From Azolla caroliniana (taxonomy: Eukaryota; Plantae; Polypodiophyta), in contig JBHGNT010000005.1 of NCBI GenBank assembly GCA_043228905.1, forward strand, positions 3,720,001-3,784,000: DNA of 64,000 nt, given 5' to 3'. The notes beneath the pieces were generated by a model. The model was not told the DNA's origin. It saw nothing but the letters and a program-made list of their open reading frames with translations, and did no database searches. Shown piece after piece: positions 36,337 through 54,557 of this stretch; position 1 is the stretch's first letter, and each line of letters opens with the position of its first letter. The translations under genes were made by a program, and so were the position numbers.

Positions 36337-38852
36337 TTAGGTATCTACCTTGTCTTGGTATGAACCTGGATGCAATAACAGAGCCAAACGGATCTTGTAT
36401 CGCTCTATCCTCTCCTTTTGTTGATCCCGCAACCTTCAAAACGGCAAACCATGCTGACAATGAGCACAAGAAATGGTATTGCTATCGCAATGAAGATGTA
36501 AAAAACTCTTTTAAAGCCACATCTACCCAAAAGTACACCATGCTAAACTCCAGAGGAAACTGAATGGAATACATAAAAGCTTGTAACAATGCTGCATCTA
36601 CCCAAAACCCAAACATGCTACTACAGACACAACTAATAGTCATATTGAGGAGTCTTAAACACTGTTCATGTGAAAGTTCCCTCACTCCCTACAATGCGGG
36701 TCGCAATTTCTATAGAAGGAAGAGAATCTGATAGAAATAGATATATATCCTTCTAAAGTGCTGTAAATTTATTATATTTTCTCATGCATAGAATAAGGAG
36801 CTCAATCATGATCTTCACAGAAACATAGCATAATCCACGCTTACCTTTTTCGCACAACTTTGAAATGCTGGATATGGTTCTCTAACAGATCTTGTTCACT
36901 TAGACTGCCAATGTCATCTCTTCTATGGTTCTATAAGAATGATCAGAATAAGAATTGGAGAAAAAATAACTATGAGGATGCATCTAAAAAAAACAAAACT
37001 CAAAAATAGACTGAACCTCGAGAATAGCTTCATCTTCATTTGTCTCGGGTCCATTTGATGAAGTCAATGGTAATGGTTTAGGAAGAGATTTAGCCAAATG
37101 CTGTATGGTTGGCTGCCAAAACGAGTAATAAACTGACATTTAAAAGTTATAATGAAACATTAAAAAGGTTCAGTTAACTAATCATAGACCCCCTAAACCC
37201 TAAGCTCAGGGCACTTTTGTTTTTGGGAAACTATTTGTTGTGACATTAGGTATCCTTAGATGCCACTACATGCATACACCTCAAAAAATATATAGTTTAC
37301 TTGGGTTATATGCTACTTGGTGAACTACATTAGAAAACCAACTTTCCAAGGTCCCAAAATTTACCAAGAACCCGAAAAAAGTTCCACAGAAATTGCTGGT
37401 TTCACTAGGAAATTCACTACCCAAGCTCCTAAAATTTACCAAAATCCAAAGAAAGTTGTCTTGAAGAGATCATTGGTTTCAGATGCGTCATAACTTGATT
37501 ATTGCTTGGGTCTATGTGATGACAATAGCATTTTCAATTAAGTGCAAAAGATTCAAGAATATAAGGATATTCTATCATGCAATTCACCTGCTTTTTTCTC
37601 GGAATGTCATTCTTTAACCATTGTCGACATAGGGCATAGAGAGAAGTAAAATCAGAATCTGCGTCAACTTTTACCTTGAATAAGAAAAAATAATAAACTA
37701 CATCAGTTGACAATATCATAAGATTGCATTATTTAGATAAACAAATTCAAGCAGAGAGGAGATATCAAATCGTTGTTTACATTATATGGTTTGAAAAACA
37801 GATGCACCATGTATGTGACATACCCAAACAGGATTCAGTGACAATGAAAGCTCACTTAGTACTCTCAATTGAAATAATTAGCTTGTGAAAATAATCACAA
37901 TGCACATACAGAAAGGGCTCCCAAGTATTACTTTCTATAAATAAAATAAGTCATACACCAGAAGCTACTCACATGCTTAAGTAAAACTCTAGCGTTCTTC
38001 TAGCCATGTTGGTTCAAAGAATACTTTGTGTAGAAAGAACAAATGATGTCATCTTTGTCAATGCAAACTTGCAACTGCTTTGCAAGGATGAAATGTTAGC
38101 ATGTGCAGAACCAAAGAGAATTATGTTAAATAGTCTTCTGAGTCACAACTCCATACATCCATATATTTCAAATACTTTGAAAAGAAAAATACAAGACCGA
38201 TATCTTTTATCACTTACTCATCACTTAGACAATTTTTACTATTTTCTCTGTATAAACACCCAGTAAGTGATACATCACATCCTAAGGGAGATAAAAATAA
38301 TAATTTACAGCTTTCATTGCAGGATTTCATTCCCTTTCTCTTTTGTTTTGATATTTACACCTTGATTATGATATTCACGTCATTTTTGAACTAGTTTCTA
38401 ACACATGGCAGGCATACCTTCATCTTTCTGCTGATAATAGCCAACAGCTCTGCAAAATCAATTTCTCCCTTTCCATCTGCCTCTGCTTCACTCATTACTT
38501 CGTGAAATTCAGATATTTCTTCGTGATTTTTCAAGAAGCTTCTTAAAACTGCCGAAACATCTTCTATTCGGATGCTTCCTGCAGTATACATTCAAAGGAA
38601 TAGGTCAATAAAAGAGCTACGTTTTAGAAGGATCGAACAGCGTTACCCGGACTTACTCTAGCATAAAAACACGATTGTTAGCGGGGCAAAGACCTAACAA
38701 ATATTCATGAACTTGAAAGAGAAATCCAGAGTAATTTGGGAAGAACTTCATAAGAGAGATGTAGAAGAGGACTAACCTTTCCCTTCTGTGTCGACCACGG
38801 AGAATGCATCTTTAAGCTCTGAGATGAGATCTTCTGTTAACAGTTCCGCCAT
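36337..38852 (-). CDS. Chimeric calmodulin-like N-lobe (2 EF-hands) fused to a LIN37 (DREAM/MuvB subunit) domain, 200 aa, 6 exons
   Basis: Exons 38852-38777, 38578-38418, 37674-37588, 37112-37017, 36930-36845 and 36433-36337 (603 nt, all GT-AG, intron phases 1,0,0,0,2) read MAELLTEDLISELKDAFSVVDTEGKGSIRIEDVSAVLRSFLKNHEEISEFHEVMSEAEADGKGEIDFAELLAIISRKMK|VKVDADSDFTSLYALCRQWLKNDIPRKKQPTIQHLAKSLPKPLP...SLSEQDLLENHIQHFKVVRKRLRDQQKERIERYKIRLALLLHPGSYQDKVDT*. Each half is highly recognisable; the join between them is inferred. Confidence 0.78.
37325..37482. repeat. Imperfect ~75-bp tandem duplication in a LIN37 intron
   Basis: ccaaggtcccaaaatttaccaagaacccgaaaaaagtt...tggtttca versus ccaagctcctaaaatttaccaaaatccaaagaaagtt...tggtttca. 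Confidence 0.7.
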
Positions 38853-38897
38853 AGCTTTTCTTTATTTATTTCCCTGTGAGCGGGAGTCTCTGCTTGT

Positions 38898-38944
<47 letters not shown>

Positions 38945-39138
38945 GGGTGGGGTAAATTGTTTTTTTCAATATTTTCAACTTCAAAATTTTGGCTTATCTA
39001 TTTTTGCTTTTTTGATTATTCACTTTCTTTGGTAGAGAACTTCATCACATCACCTTCTCCCGTTTTCAGATGTAAATCTCCCCCGCTTTGGTCTTATAGC
39101 CCATTTTGGGCCTCTTAAAAGACAAGTTTCTACATATT

Positions 39139-39187
<49 letters not shown>

Positions 39188-40002
39188 GGACTCTGAGTTG
39201 GGATTCTTTGGAATCCGACAACACGACCATACCAGCCAATTTCTCATATGTGATTCACTTCATTGAAAAGCCTTCTCTTTAGTTCGAACAACCCCTGAAA
39301 ACCCCACAACACCAAATCGCTATACTCAATTAAGAAATTTGGCTTTCTTAATCTAATATATGATTGCATGAATACAAACATGTGAGTCGTCTCAACTAAA
39401 CTGATCATTGTTAAGTAAAAAAAAAAACATGTTCAACTCAATTTATCACTTTGGAAATAGGTACATACTGGAAAATATCTCTAAGTGTATGCAAAGGAGA
39501 GGGATATAAGGACAAAAAAAGGTGGCCTCAAATTTGGGGTGCCCAAAGGCCCTTTTTATGTGATAGCTCTTGCCAAGTCCAAAAACCTAAAGGGCCCCTT
39601 CCACATTACAAGCCCATTAGGCGTTTGTCATTACCTCTTGATAAAGGGTAATACCCACAAATTACAATCTAACCCTTGTATGACCCATCACGGTTCATTT
39701 TACTCCTCACCATTGAAGATATGCTTTCTTGTCAATATTAGTAATTGATGATAACTTGGGAGGCTTACATCTTACCGTTGTATCATTTGAATGAGCGTAT
39801 GGATAGTTGGTAACTAGGACATGATTAAATAGTAGATATTGTCTAGATAAGGTGCAAATATATTTAGTTTCATGAATATGCATAATGGGAATTGGGCATA
39901 ATACTAGGTTTAATTTTGAAGGTCAATGTCTAACAAGAAAACCATGTCATTTGGGTTCCAAAAATGGTTAAAAAAAGTACATTATCTCTAGACAAGTCAT
40001 TA

Positions 40003-40180
40003 TAATAGGGAGAAGGGTCCATCTAAGAATATGTATGGTCCTCCAACAACAAACAAATGTAGGTGAACGACTTCGCATTCATCCCAACTCTACATGATAG
40101 GGGAAAGTGTCAACCTAAGAATACACTTGATCCTCCAACAACAAACAACTTTGGGTGGACAACGTTGCGTTCGCTCCATG
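40003..40180. repeat. Imperfect ~92-bp tandem duplication
   Basis: taggg.gaa.g.gtc.a.ctaagaata....tg.tcctccaacaacaaacaa.t.t.ggtg.ac.ac.t.gc.ttc occurs twice. Confidence 0.75.
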
Positions 40181-41558
40181 CGTTTGTCAATATATGGCCA
40201 ATGAAGTTCAACAATTTCTGTGGGTTTTGCAAAGCCTAAACACACTCATCAAAAGGTGTTACCATATACCCAAGTTTGGGGGCAATAATGACACATTCAT
40301 CTTAACCACTCATTATTGAAATATTAAAAACAAATAGCACAAATTCAATCCCTCTTTCATGCACATGATTATGTTGCAATCAAACCTTGGCTATAAAACT
40401 GAGTCAGAACATGTGTATTTTCAATCAATATTAAAAAAGAAGAAGAATACCTCTTAATACGTGTGTATTTACACATGAATATTAAGAAAATGACAAGACC
40501 TCAAGAATTTGTGGTGTTTCTTAAAACAATCTAAGGTATCATGCATACTAGAAGGTGCGATGATCAGAATAAAATCTTTAAGTAAGTGATTGAGTCACAG
40601 TTACAATGTCAACATTGAATTTAAGGGCAACTTAAAGTTTTTTAAAATGGCACTTTAGGAGAATAAAGTAAAAAAGTAGGCATCAACAACAAATTGTTGA
40701 AATGCCTTCACGATGTAATACACGTTTACATGATCATCGTGTCGTATTATTTATTTAGACTTTTGAGTATATACCTCGTTTCTTGGGGGCTCAAGTGGAG
40801 TTAGAGTTGGGGCGGGAGCATGGAATACAAAGCCGAACCCGAGAAGGGAACGAATGAATCATGATGCCTCCTGAAGCATGTTAACCAGCAAGGCATTACG
40901 TGCATGCCACGACATGATGGAGGCACTACAATTATTCTTCCCAACAAAAACAAAAAAGGGGGAAAAGAAGAAGAAGAAGCAGCAGCAAGAAAACGTGCGG
41001 CTAATATTATTGCCATCGCGGAGGTATTACGCGCTTTAAAATCATTGCATGCTATTATTACGGAGGTACGAGAACGACCGAGTTCCGGGGTATTCAGTTG
41101 CAAAGTGGGCGGGCGGGCGCATCAATGGGTAGTCGGGGCGGGGGTTTGGGAGGTAGCGGACATTGGAAGGGGTTTTTTTTTGGGGTGTGGGTGTGGGTGT
41201 GGGTGTGTGTGTGGGTGTGTGCATATTTCCTATTGGGCCTAAATATGTATGTATATGATACATTATTACATATACATATGTTTTTGGCTCACCGGGACAA
41301 GATTGGTAAAGGGTGGTGAGAGGAGGTAGGCATACGTATATACATATACATATACATATACATATACTGTATACATAAATGCAATCATGTATGTATATAT
41401 ACATACATATATGTGTGGTGTACATATTTCTGACTGACTATATGTATGTATACATATGTAGTTGTTTTGTAAAGAGTTATATAAAACAGTAAGAAGGCAA
41501 AAGGCGAGAGGAAGAAGAAGAAGAAGAAGACGGAAGAAGAGGCGTCCATCCCATCGCC

Positions 41559-42227
41559 ATGGGACTGCATATCAGAGTAGTAGCTCCCCCGCCCATCATC
41601 ATGCTCTTCTTGGCCATGGCCTGCTTGCAAGCCCACTTCCTGATCCAAGTCCCAGCTCAGCCTGCACCCTCCCCTCCTCCATCTCCATCTCCATCTCTAT
41701 CTCCATCTCCATCTCCACCTCCACCTCTACCTCTACCTCCATCTCCATCTCCATCTGCATCTTCGTCTCCATCTCCGCCCGCTGATGTTTTGACCCCCGC
41801 CCCTGCCATGGCGCCGCCCACTCCATCGCCACAGAGCGCTACCTCTCCGCCTGCCGCCTCTCCGCTAGCACCACCATCTGACAGCACCCCTGCAGTACCT
41901 CCAGCCCCAGCCTCTGGGCCGGAAACCACTCCACCTGCGCCATCGCCATCGCCATCACCACCTCCTCCACCTACACCTCCACCTCCACCTCCACCTCGAT
42001 CTCCTCCTCCTCCACCTCCTCCTCCTCCTGGCTTGCCGAACCCGTCCACCCCATCGCCTTCTTCTTCTAAATCGGGCGCTCTCTCGGGCTCCCAGAAAGC
42101 CGGCATAGCCATCGGAGTCCTCCTGGGCGTCGCCATCGTTTGCATCGTCCTCATTATCCTTAAGAAACGCCGGCATAACATGAATCGTGCGCTCTATGGC
42201 CAAGGCATGCGACGCGAATCACTATGA
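41559..42227 (+). CDS. Proline-rich single-pass membrane glycoprotein, APAP1/AGP57C-like (hybrid AGP/extensin)
   Basis: Single-exon 222-aa ORF: signal-peptide-like N-terminus, SP/AP/TP dipeptides and SPPPP runs, then the TM helix GALSGSQKAGIAIGVLLGVAIVCIVLIIL and tail KKRRHNMNRALYGQGMRRESL (cf. the GMSGGKK.G...YKKRQ.NIRRS.YGY.AR..L family). Confidence 0.85.
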   Translation: MGLHIRVVAPPPIIMLFLAMACLQAHFLIQVPAQPAPSPPPSPSPSLSPSPSPPPPLPLPPSPSPSASSSPSPPADVLTPAPAMAPPTPSPQSATSPPAASPLAPPSDSTPAVPPAPASGPETTPPAPSPSPSPPPPPTPPPPPPPRSPPPPPPPPPGLPNPSTPSPSSSKSGALSGSQKAGIAIGVLLGVAIVCIVLIILKKRRHNMNRALYGQGMRRESL

Positions 42228-44164
42228 AATTCTTCACCAGGCCACCACCACAAACCCAATCCCTGGGCCCCTTGCACAGCCTGAATCAATCCTCCTCCCC
42301 TCCAGGGTCACACTCTCACACGCTTCTTGACTGTTGTTGCTAGCCCTCCTCTCTCAACACTTGTTTCATCTCATCCGTGTTGATCAGTCTTTAGACCTCC
42401 ACATTACTAAAATTCGGGGGGTTAACTATCCTCAGGTATCAACAGTTGTTTTGGTTCACAGCTATAGAGTAGAATGCCTGCTGCTCTATGGGAATATATA
42501 TATATATTTGTCCATCATTATTACCAGTTCCCCCCCCCACCACCACCACCACCATTTTGCAGAGCATTTCATACTAGTATATGTAGTGCCTTCGTACCCT
42601 TATATAAATCACCATTACCACCCTCATAATCTCCTGTTTGATCTAGAAATCTCTCTTTCATACGCGATTGCCTTCGTGCAATGTTTTTGTAAGAACCTAG
42701 AGGTCATGCATTGCTACATACTTCAAAGGATATCTAGGTTAATCATCCTCGCTAACTCAAGTATGTATCGGATTACATGGCTATTCTATATATCAGCTCA
42801 ATTTGATCCCTAACCATTGGATGAAAAGTTGAATCCTTTCAAATGATTAATAAATGTCATTCCAAATTTCATCTATTTGTGTGGATACCCTATTTTTATT
42901 GTGAATTTTGTTCTACCTCTCCACAACTTAAAACTTGAAAAGGGTAAACTAAATACAACTAATTACGACCACAATGTAAGATTGATGATTGTTGAAACAA
43001 AACAAGTAATTGATGTGTATCATATGGGTGGTTTTTTGCCAGTATGTACTGGAGCTCACTTCCTGCCCTTGACGTGGCCTCCTCCTGGATGGTATGTTCC
43101 AACAACATTGCATTGGAACCAGGAATGGTGTTTCGCAAAGTTGACGGAGACAAACAAAACAAATATTTGCAAACTACTGCAGATAACAATAGTTTTAAAC
43201 GATTACGATAATCAACATGCATTCAGAAGAGAAGACGTACTAAATTTGACATCACATATATAATCTTTCATGAAAGCCTATTGAAACTGAAAAGAGATTA
43301 TCCCACAATTTAAACTGAGAACTGCACCAAAACTTGAAATGTACAAAAACCTATTGCATTTCTCAAAACAAAGATCAGATTACATCAACATCTAAACTTA
43401 ACATGAATGGGGTTTATAATTGTTCTGTTCTCATGACATGAAATGGATGTAAGGTTTAAATGAAATCCTTTAAAATTATGCAAGATTATCATGCATGATA
43501 TGCATGATCACAAAAACAAGCAATTACATTGGTAGAGTATAGATTCAAAAATACAAAATGTGGTGTCATCATTTGGAGACCACAGCAGTGGTAAAAATAG
43601 GTTCCTGTCTTAATCTACAGACAACCCCCAGAGGCAAATATTTTGATGAAAAGTCGCAAAATATTCCATTTTTTCCATTTGTTCATCAATGATTATTATT
43701 AGCTATTCTCTTGAATACGTCAAATAATCGAATATCATATCGAGCATACCTTGAAAGTTTGACATGTTTTTTAACTATTTGCATCGGTAAAAACCTGAAC
43801 TTCCCAAATGCAATCTCACAACTGAACTGAATATTGGGCTTTCCAAGTACATTCATCATCAATCTCTGATAGACCATCAATTCGCAGCCCCACTTCTATA
43901 GGATACATTATAGAATGATATATCTGTTTGCTAAGGACACAGTTGCCGCAGCTATTGTGAGAGATAATCACGTAAGTGTTGATAATGAAATTGAAGCCCT
44001 CAACAAATAAATAAATAGCCCATTATCTTCATAGCCAAGCATGACAAACTCGTTTCACACAATTTAAGTTGCACCCATATACACTCTATCTCAATCCCCA
44101 CCCAACCATACATTTAGCTACAAGTAATTCCAGAGTGTGAACAAAACGCCCCACAAGAACTTTC

Positions 44165-49899
<5,735 letters not shown>

Positions 49900-50832
49900 C
49901 TCTCTTGAAAAAAGAAAGAAGAATTAGGCGTGAGGATTGTGGTAAGATCGATGCCTAAAAGGAGAGATCGCTGCGTTTATCCTTTTGGTGGTCGGTATGG
50001 CGAAGTTAAGCGTTGGTAGACAAATGCAGAGAAAGAGAGAGATTTGGGGTTAGGGATTCTGCTCCCTCATCAAGGTTTCCATGACTGCATTTAAAATGCA
50101 ATGAGGGGGGATGATGCAGGGTAAGAAGACGTTAATATATCTGTCTTTCTTTCTTTCTTTCTTTCTCTCCCTCCCCCTCCCCCCCCCCCCCTCCTTTGAT
50201 GGAGAAGCAGCGTGTAAGGCTTACTCTCTCCGAATCTCTCTCTTTCTCAGAAACAGGGCATATATGCCTAACTGGGTCTATCTCTATCTCTATCTCTCTC
50301 TTTCTCTCTCTGTCTCAGAAACAGGGCAGGGTATACATAAACCGGCTCTCTCTCTCTCGGGATAAACAGAGTATGAGGGTTCTACTATCCGCTGCTGCTT
50401 CTTCTTCTTCTTCTTCTTCTTCGTCTCCTTCTTCTGTGCACTTAGTCTGAGTGGATCTTTCTCTCTCTTCTCTCTTCTCTCTCTCTCTTCTCTCTCTCTC
50501 TTCTCTCTCTGCTTCTCTGTCTGATTTTGACTGTTGGTGTTGGGGGGGCTCGCACGTGTAACCCCCCCCCCCCCCCCTGCTCCCCCTTTTACTCTTCTTC
50601 TTCTTCTTCTTCTTCTTCTTCCAAACTTTTTTGACCTTCATATCATATCCATACGTATGTATGTGTATATACATAATATGTACATACATACCCCCACGTG
50701 ACCCCATTCTCTTTCCTTCTCCTCCTTTCTAGCCCTTGTTCCTATAGGCTATGCTCTTCTCTCTTCTTTCTCTCTCCTTTCCATAATCTGCTTTCTCCTC
50801 CTTCCTCCCTTCACTCCCAGCTCCACACCTCC

Positions 50833-50960
50833 GTGTCCTTCGGGCATCCACTCCTTCGTGTCCATTACACGTCGACTCCTTTGTGTCCTTCGGGCATCCA
50901 CTCCTTCGTGTCCATTACACGTCGACTCCTTCGTGCTTGCCACGCATCCACTCCGTCATG
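50833..50960. repeat. 50-bp GC-rich tandem repeat (2 near-perfect copies plus 1 partial)
   Basis: gtgtccttcgggcatccactccttcgtgtccattacacgtcgactcctt(t/c) x2, then a degenerate third unit. Confidence 0.9.
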
Positions 50961-51963
50961 TCTGTTGCTGTTGCGCATCGAATATCATTGCCGTTGTCTC
51001 CCCACCGTTCCTCCATTCGATCCACGTCCCTTCGAACCCCATCATGTCATTTTTGCGTGTGCATTGCCTCCTCCAAACGGTTCCCGTAACACCTCCGTCA
51101 GAGTACTCCTTCCCCAACTTCTGATGGTCAAATTTTAAGGTGTTCTTCAATTCGATCGCGATTTCCCCAATGTCCAAAATGGTTGTGTAACGTCCAGATT
51201 GAGAACTCGAGTCCTCCTTGGTTGTGTTCAGAAGGCTTGTTTCCAACCCAAGTGAATAATTTCAACCTAATGATTATTATGTAAATGATGAATTGAGTAC
51301 TTGAGTTTTGGTGGTTATTTAATAAATGGTTTTGCTTATGATCGAATGCTCCGAGTTCTAATGGGTGTGTACTTCATTCAAGGTTGCTTCTAACTAGCTA
51401 AGCACCATCATAGAATTTTAGAAGAATGGTGTTGGAACCAAACAATATGTCACATAAAAATCAAGGTTGGATACTTGTATTCCCAAGCTCATTGAGTGAA
51501 TGATTGAGTAATTAGACCAGGTTGACCTGGGACACATTTAGTGGAAGCTAAAAATGTAAGACGAATGGTTGTTTGGTTGAGCTTTAAAGGGGATTGTTTC
51601 ATATTTAGTATTTGCCTAGAAGTTAATGCATGTGAAGCATAGAGCCCATGGACACCAACGAACAAATGTTTATTCGAGATTTCAACGAAGTGATTGCATA
51701 AATATGTTCAAATTCAAATTCACTACCTCAAAAGAAATCTATGTTGCGAAAAACATATCGTTAAACATAGAAAATGGGTTTCATACATGGGTGTGTTGAG
51801 CTTGTTAGGAAGTGACTTTGTGATCGAGTCTTGCAACAAACGATAATGAAATTGAAGTTTGGTTCAAAATAAACGTCTTGATACAAATCCATATATTTGG
51901 CACAATTGTTGGATGTGGAAAATGTGAACTAGATGGATGTTTACCCAATTTGTTGAGACTAGA

Positions 51964-52007
<44 letters not shown>

Positions 52008-54557
52008 CGTGTATTATCACACATACAAGAAACAAACACACAATAGGCGCGGTTTTTGCTGCCTATTGCAATTATGCCATGTGCAAGGCACAATCAAGTG
52101 GGAGAAAGTATGTTGGTTATCATGCCAAGTCCGAGTTGACAAGTACGAACATGAAGAGGAGGGGATGACGTTGGTGATAAAGGCACAAGAGATCTTGTTT
52201 TCCACCATCGACAATATCCACTCAACATACTCATATATGCCAAAGCTAAAGTTGTGTTAGAATTGGTCAGCCCAATAACTCTTTAGATTATCTGGAAACA
52301 ATTGTGTAGATGGGTCTTTTACAATGAAACCATGCATCAAGCACTGTTATTGCAGGTGCCAAGAGATATGGTGTGAAGTTGTAGCCACTCTAAAGAGCCA
52401 ATACGATGGCTTCATAGGCGGATCCGATGGACTTGAAAGACAACGATTAGGCTTCATTCAACAATGGTCATCATGTCCCTTTCTTGAGTTAGTAGGCCTT
52501 CACATAAGATGGAACTATCAATCCCTACCGGGATTTGTATATAACATTCTCATCTATAAATTTTTATAGCTAATGAAATGAGTTTTTTTTTTGGGGGGGG
52601 GGGGGGGGGGAACTAAGTACGACTTAAACCCAATAGACCAACACATTTGCAACTAAATTCTTGGATGTTAATATGTTTGAGTAATCACTTTGCTTTCCAA
52701 TTTTTTACATGGGCAATCACCAAATCACTTTTATTTTCCGCCATGCATCCACTATTAATATCATGAGTTCTATTTGTCTAATCTTGGTGTATTGTGAGAT
52801 ATCGTGAAATCATTCATTGCATTCTGGATTCTCACATCTTCTTCTATTGGCCACCCCTACTCCTTGTCAAAATAAACTAAAAAATTGTATAACATAGGAA
52901 TCATTTGATAGTCATGCATAAACTCTCACTTTGTTTATAAGGGAATCATTCTTCTATTGAGAGGTTTACAATTTTGGAAAAATAGTTGTAAATGGTTGTT
53001 ATAGAATGGGATTTCTACAATCTCTCAACTCTTTTGTTCCTCTCAATAGATATTGTCCTCAATTGCACCAAGGGAACTACCCCTCTCATGCACACACACA
53101 TCTTGACAACATTAGGGAGCATTTGAGGAAGTTCAAATCTTTTATATCAAGTCCAAGCAAGAGACTTTCTCTTTGACATGTATGTGTTAGAGAGAGAGGG
53201 TGAGAGAACACAAGTATATTGTAATAAGATGTGGCCCTGAGTAGAAATTACTCGAGTACAGATGAATAAAGTGATCAAGAACAAGTTGAACGAAGTTATC
53301 CAAACACTTTAGACATTAGACATTTTGAGAGGTTTGATTTACCCTCATTGCCCATTTCTTACTAGCATATCTTGCAAACACGAAAGAGCAAAATGGTTCC
53401 CAACCAACAACATGTGTACTAAATATGAGAGTCATCACATGGAAAACCCAAAGAGGAATATTGTACTTCAACTACTATCATTATAAGAGGACAAAGTCAC
53501 ATGCATTCCTAAACATTCATTATTTATCAATAAGTTTCATCACCATTGCAAGTGATCAAACAATGTTTTTGGTAATATAACAAGAGTGTCATTTATCATA
53601 TTATAGTAACCACACTCCCACTTAATGGTAGCATCACAAGCTTACAATTGCTTTAAAGTATAAGAATATTCCTTTTGAACAATTCGCTTGCAAATCTCAT
53701 TGTGAATTCCTTGAATGACCACTAAACTTGTCCCTTTTGCGGGGACAAGAATACATCGATGGTTTTATACGAATAATTGGTGCTAAAACTCTCAAATTGG
53801 AAGTTATGCATGAGAATTAGATAGATCTTCATATGGTATAAGATCCCCAACTTTTTGATATTCTTATTGTAGTACTAGAGCAAGTTAATCGACTAGGTCC
53901 ACATATTTTCTATATGAGTCACACACATGGATGCTTACATATGGAAGTGTAGAGTGTTGAAACAAGGCCTCGAAAGCTAGGGAAAGCTACGTGTGGGATA
54001 AGGCCTTGACTTTTCTATAATCTAGTTGCTTGATATGGAGTCTTCTTTCTCTCACATTTATCATATAGGGATTGACAGTGCACATCATATTACAAGATAA
54101 TTCCAAGGCTCGATTTATATCATTTGTAACCAAGATTAGTTATCATCAATAATAGTTTTCTTCTTACCATGAGCTTGGGAACACGTTCTACTACAATGCT
54201 CCATCGATCAAAGGGATGGGCTCTAACATGCATACGTGAATATAATTTGCAAGATCATAGGAGGAGATGGTTTTGCAATTTGGTGCAACTTATATCATGT
54301 TATGTTTGAAACATGAGCCACCACATCCCTCCCAGGTCTTATTGACTAACATTACAAAAAGTTACAAATAGCCACCACATCCATTGGGACATTGTGAAGC
54401 AAGTACAATGCATCATCCCATTCGAAACCATCTCATTATTTTTTGAATGCATATGCTCAACATTTGTTTTATCTTTTGAAAATTTATAGAAGCTTCAAAT
54501 GAAATTCTAGGATGTTAACTTGAAAAGTTTTTTCAAGCCTTAAGAATGTGATCAACA

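Noticed and set aside
36266-36365. Alternative LIN37 last exon RFIPRQGRYLNVYLCC...
   Set aside because: The acceptor at 36433 gives the conserved RIERYKIRLALLL motif; this frame has no LIN37 similarity.
41599-42203. Gly-rich, Glu/Met-rich and Arg-rich ORFs on the minus strand
   Set aside because: They are antisense shadows of the Pro/Ser repeat gene on the plus strand.
50111-50707. Low-complexity ORFs (poly-K/E/R/S) upstream of BSK
   Set aside because: They are translations of CT/CTT microsatellites in promoter or 5' UTR sequence.
50833-50960. Possible CRISPR-like array
   Set aside because: The units are contiguous with no unique spacers, the context is eukaryotic, and there are no cas genes.
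53900-54230. KDZ-transposase-like YDVHCQ motif on the minus strand
   Set aside because: A single short motif next to a stop codon; flanking KDZ motifs are not recognisable.
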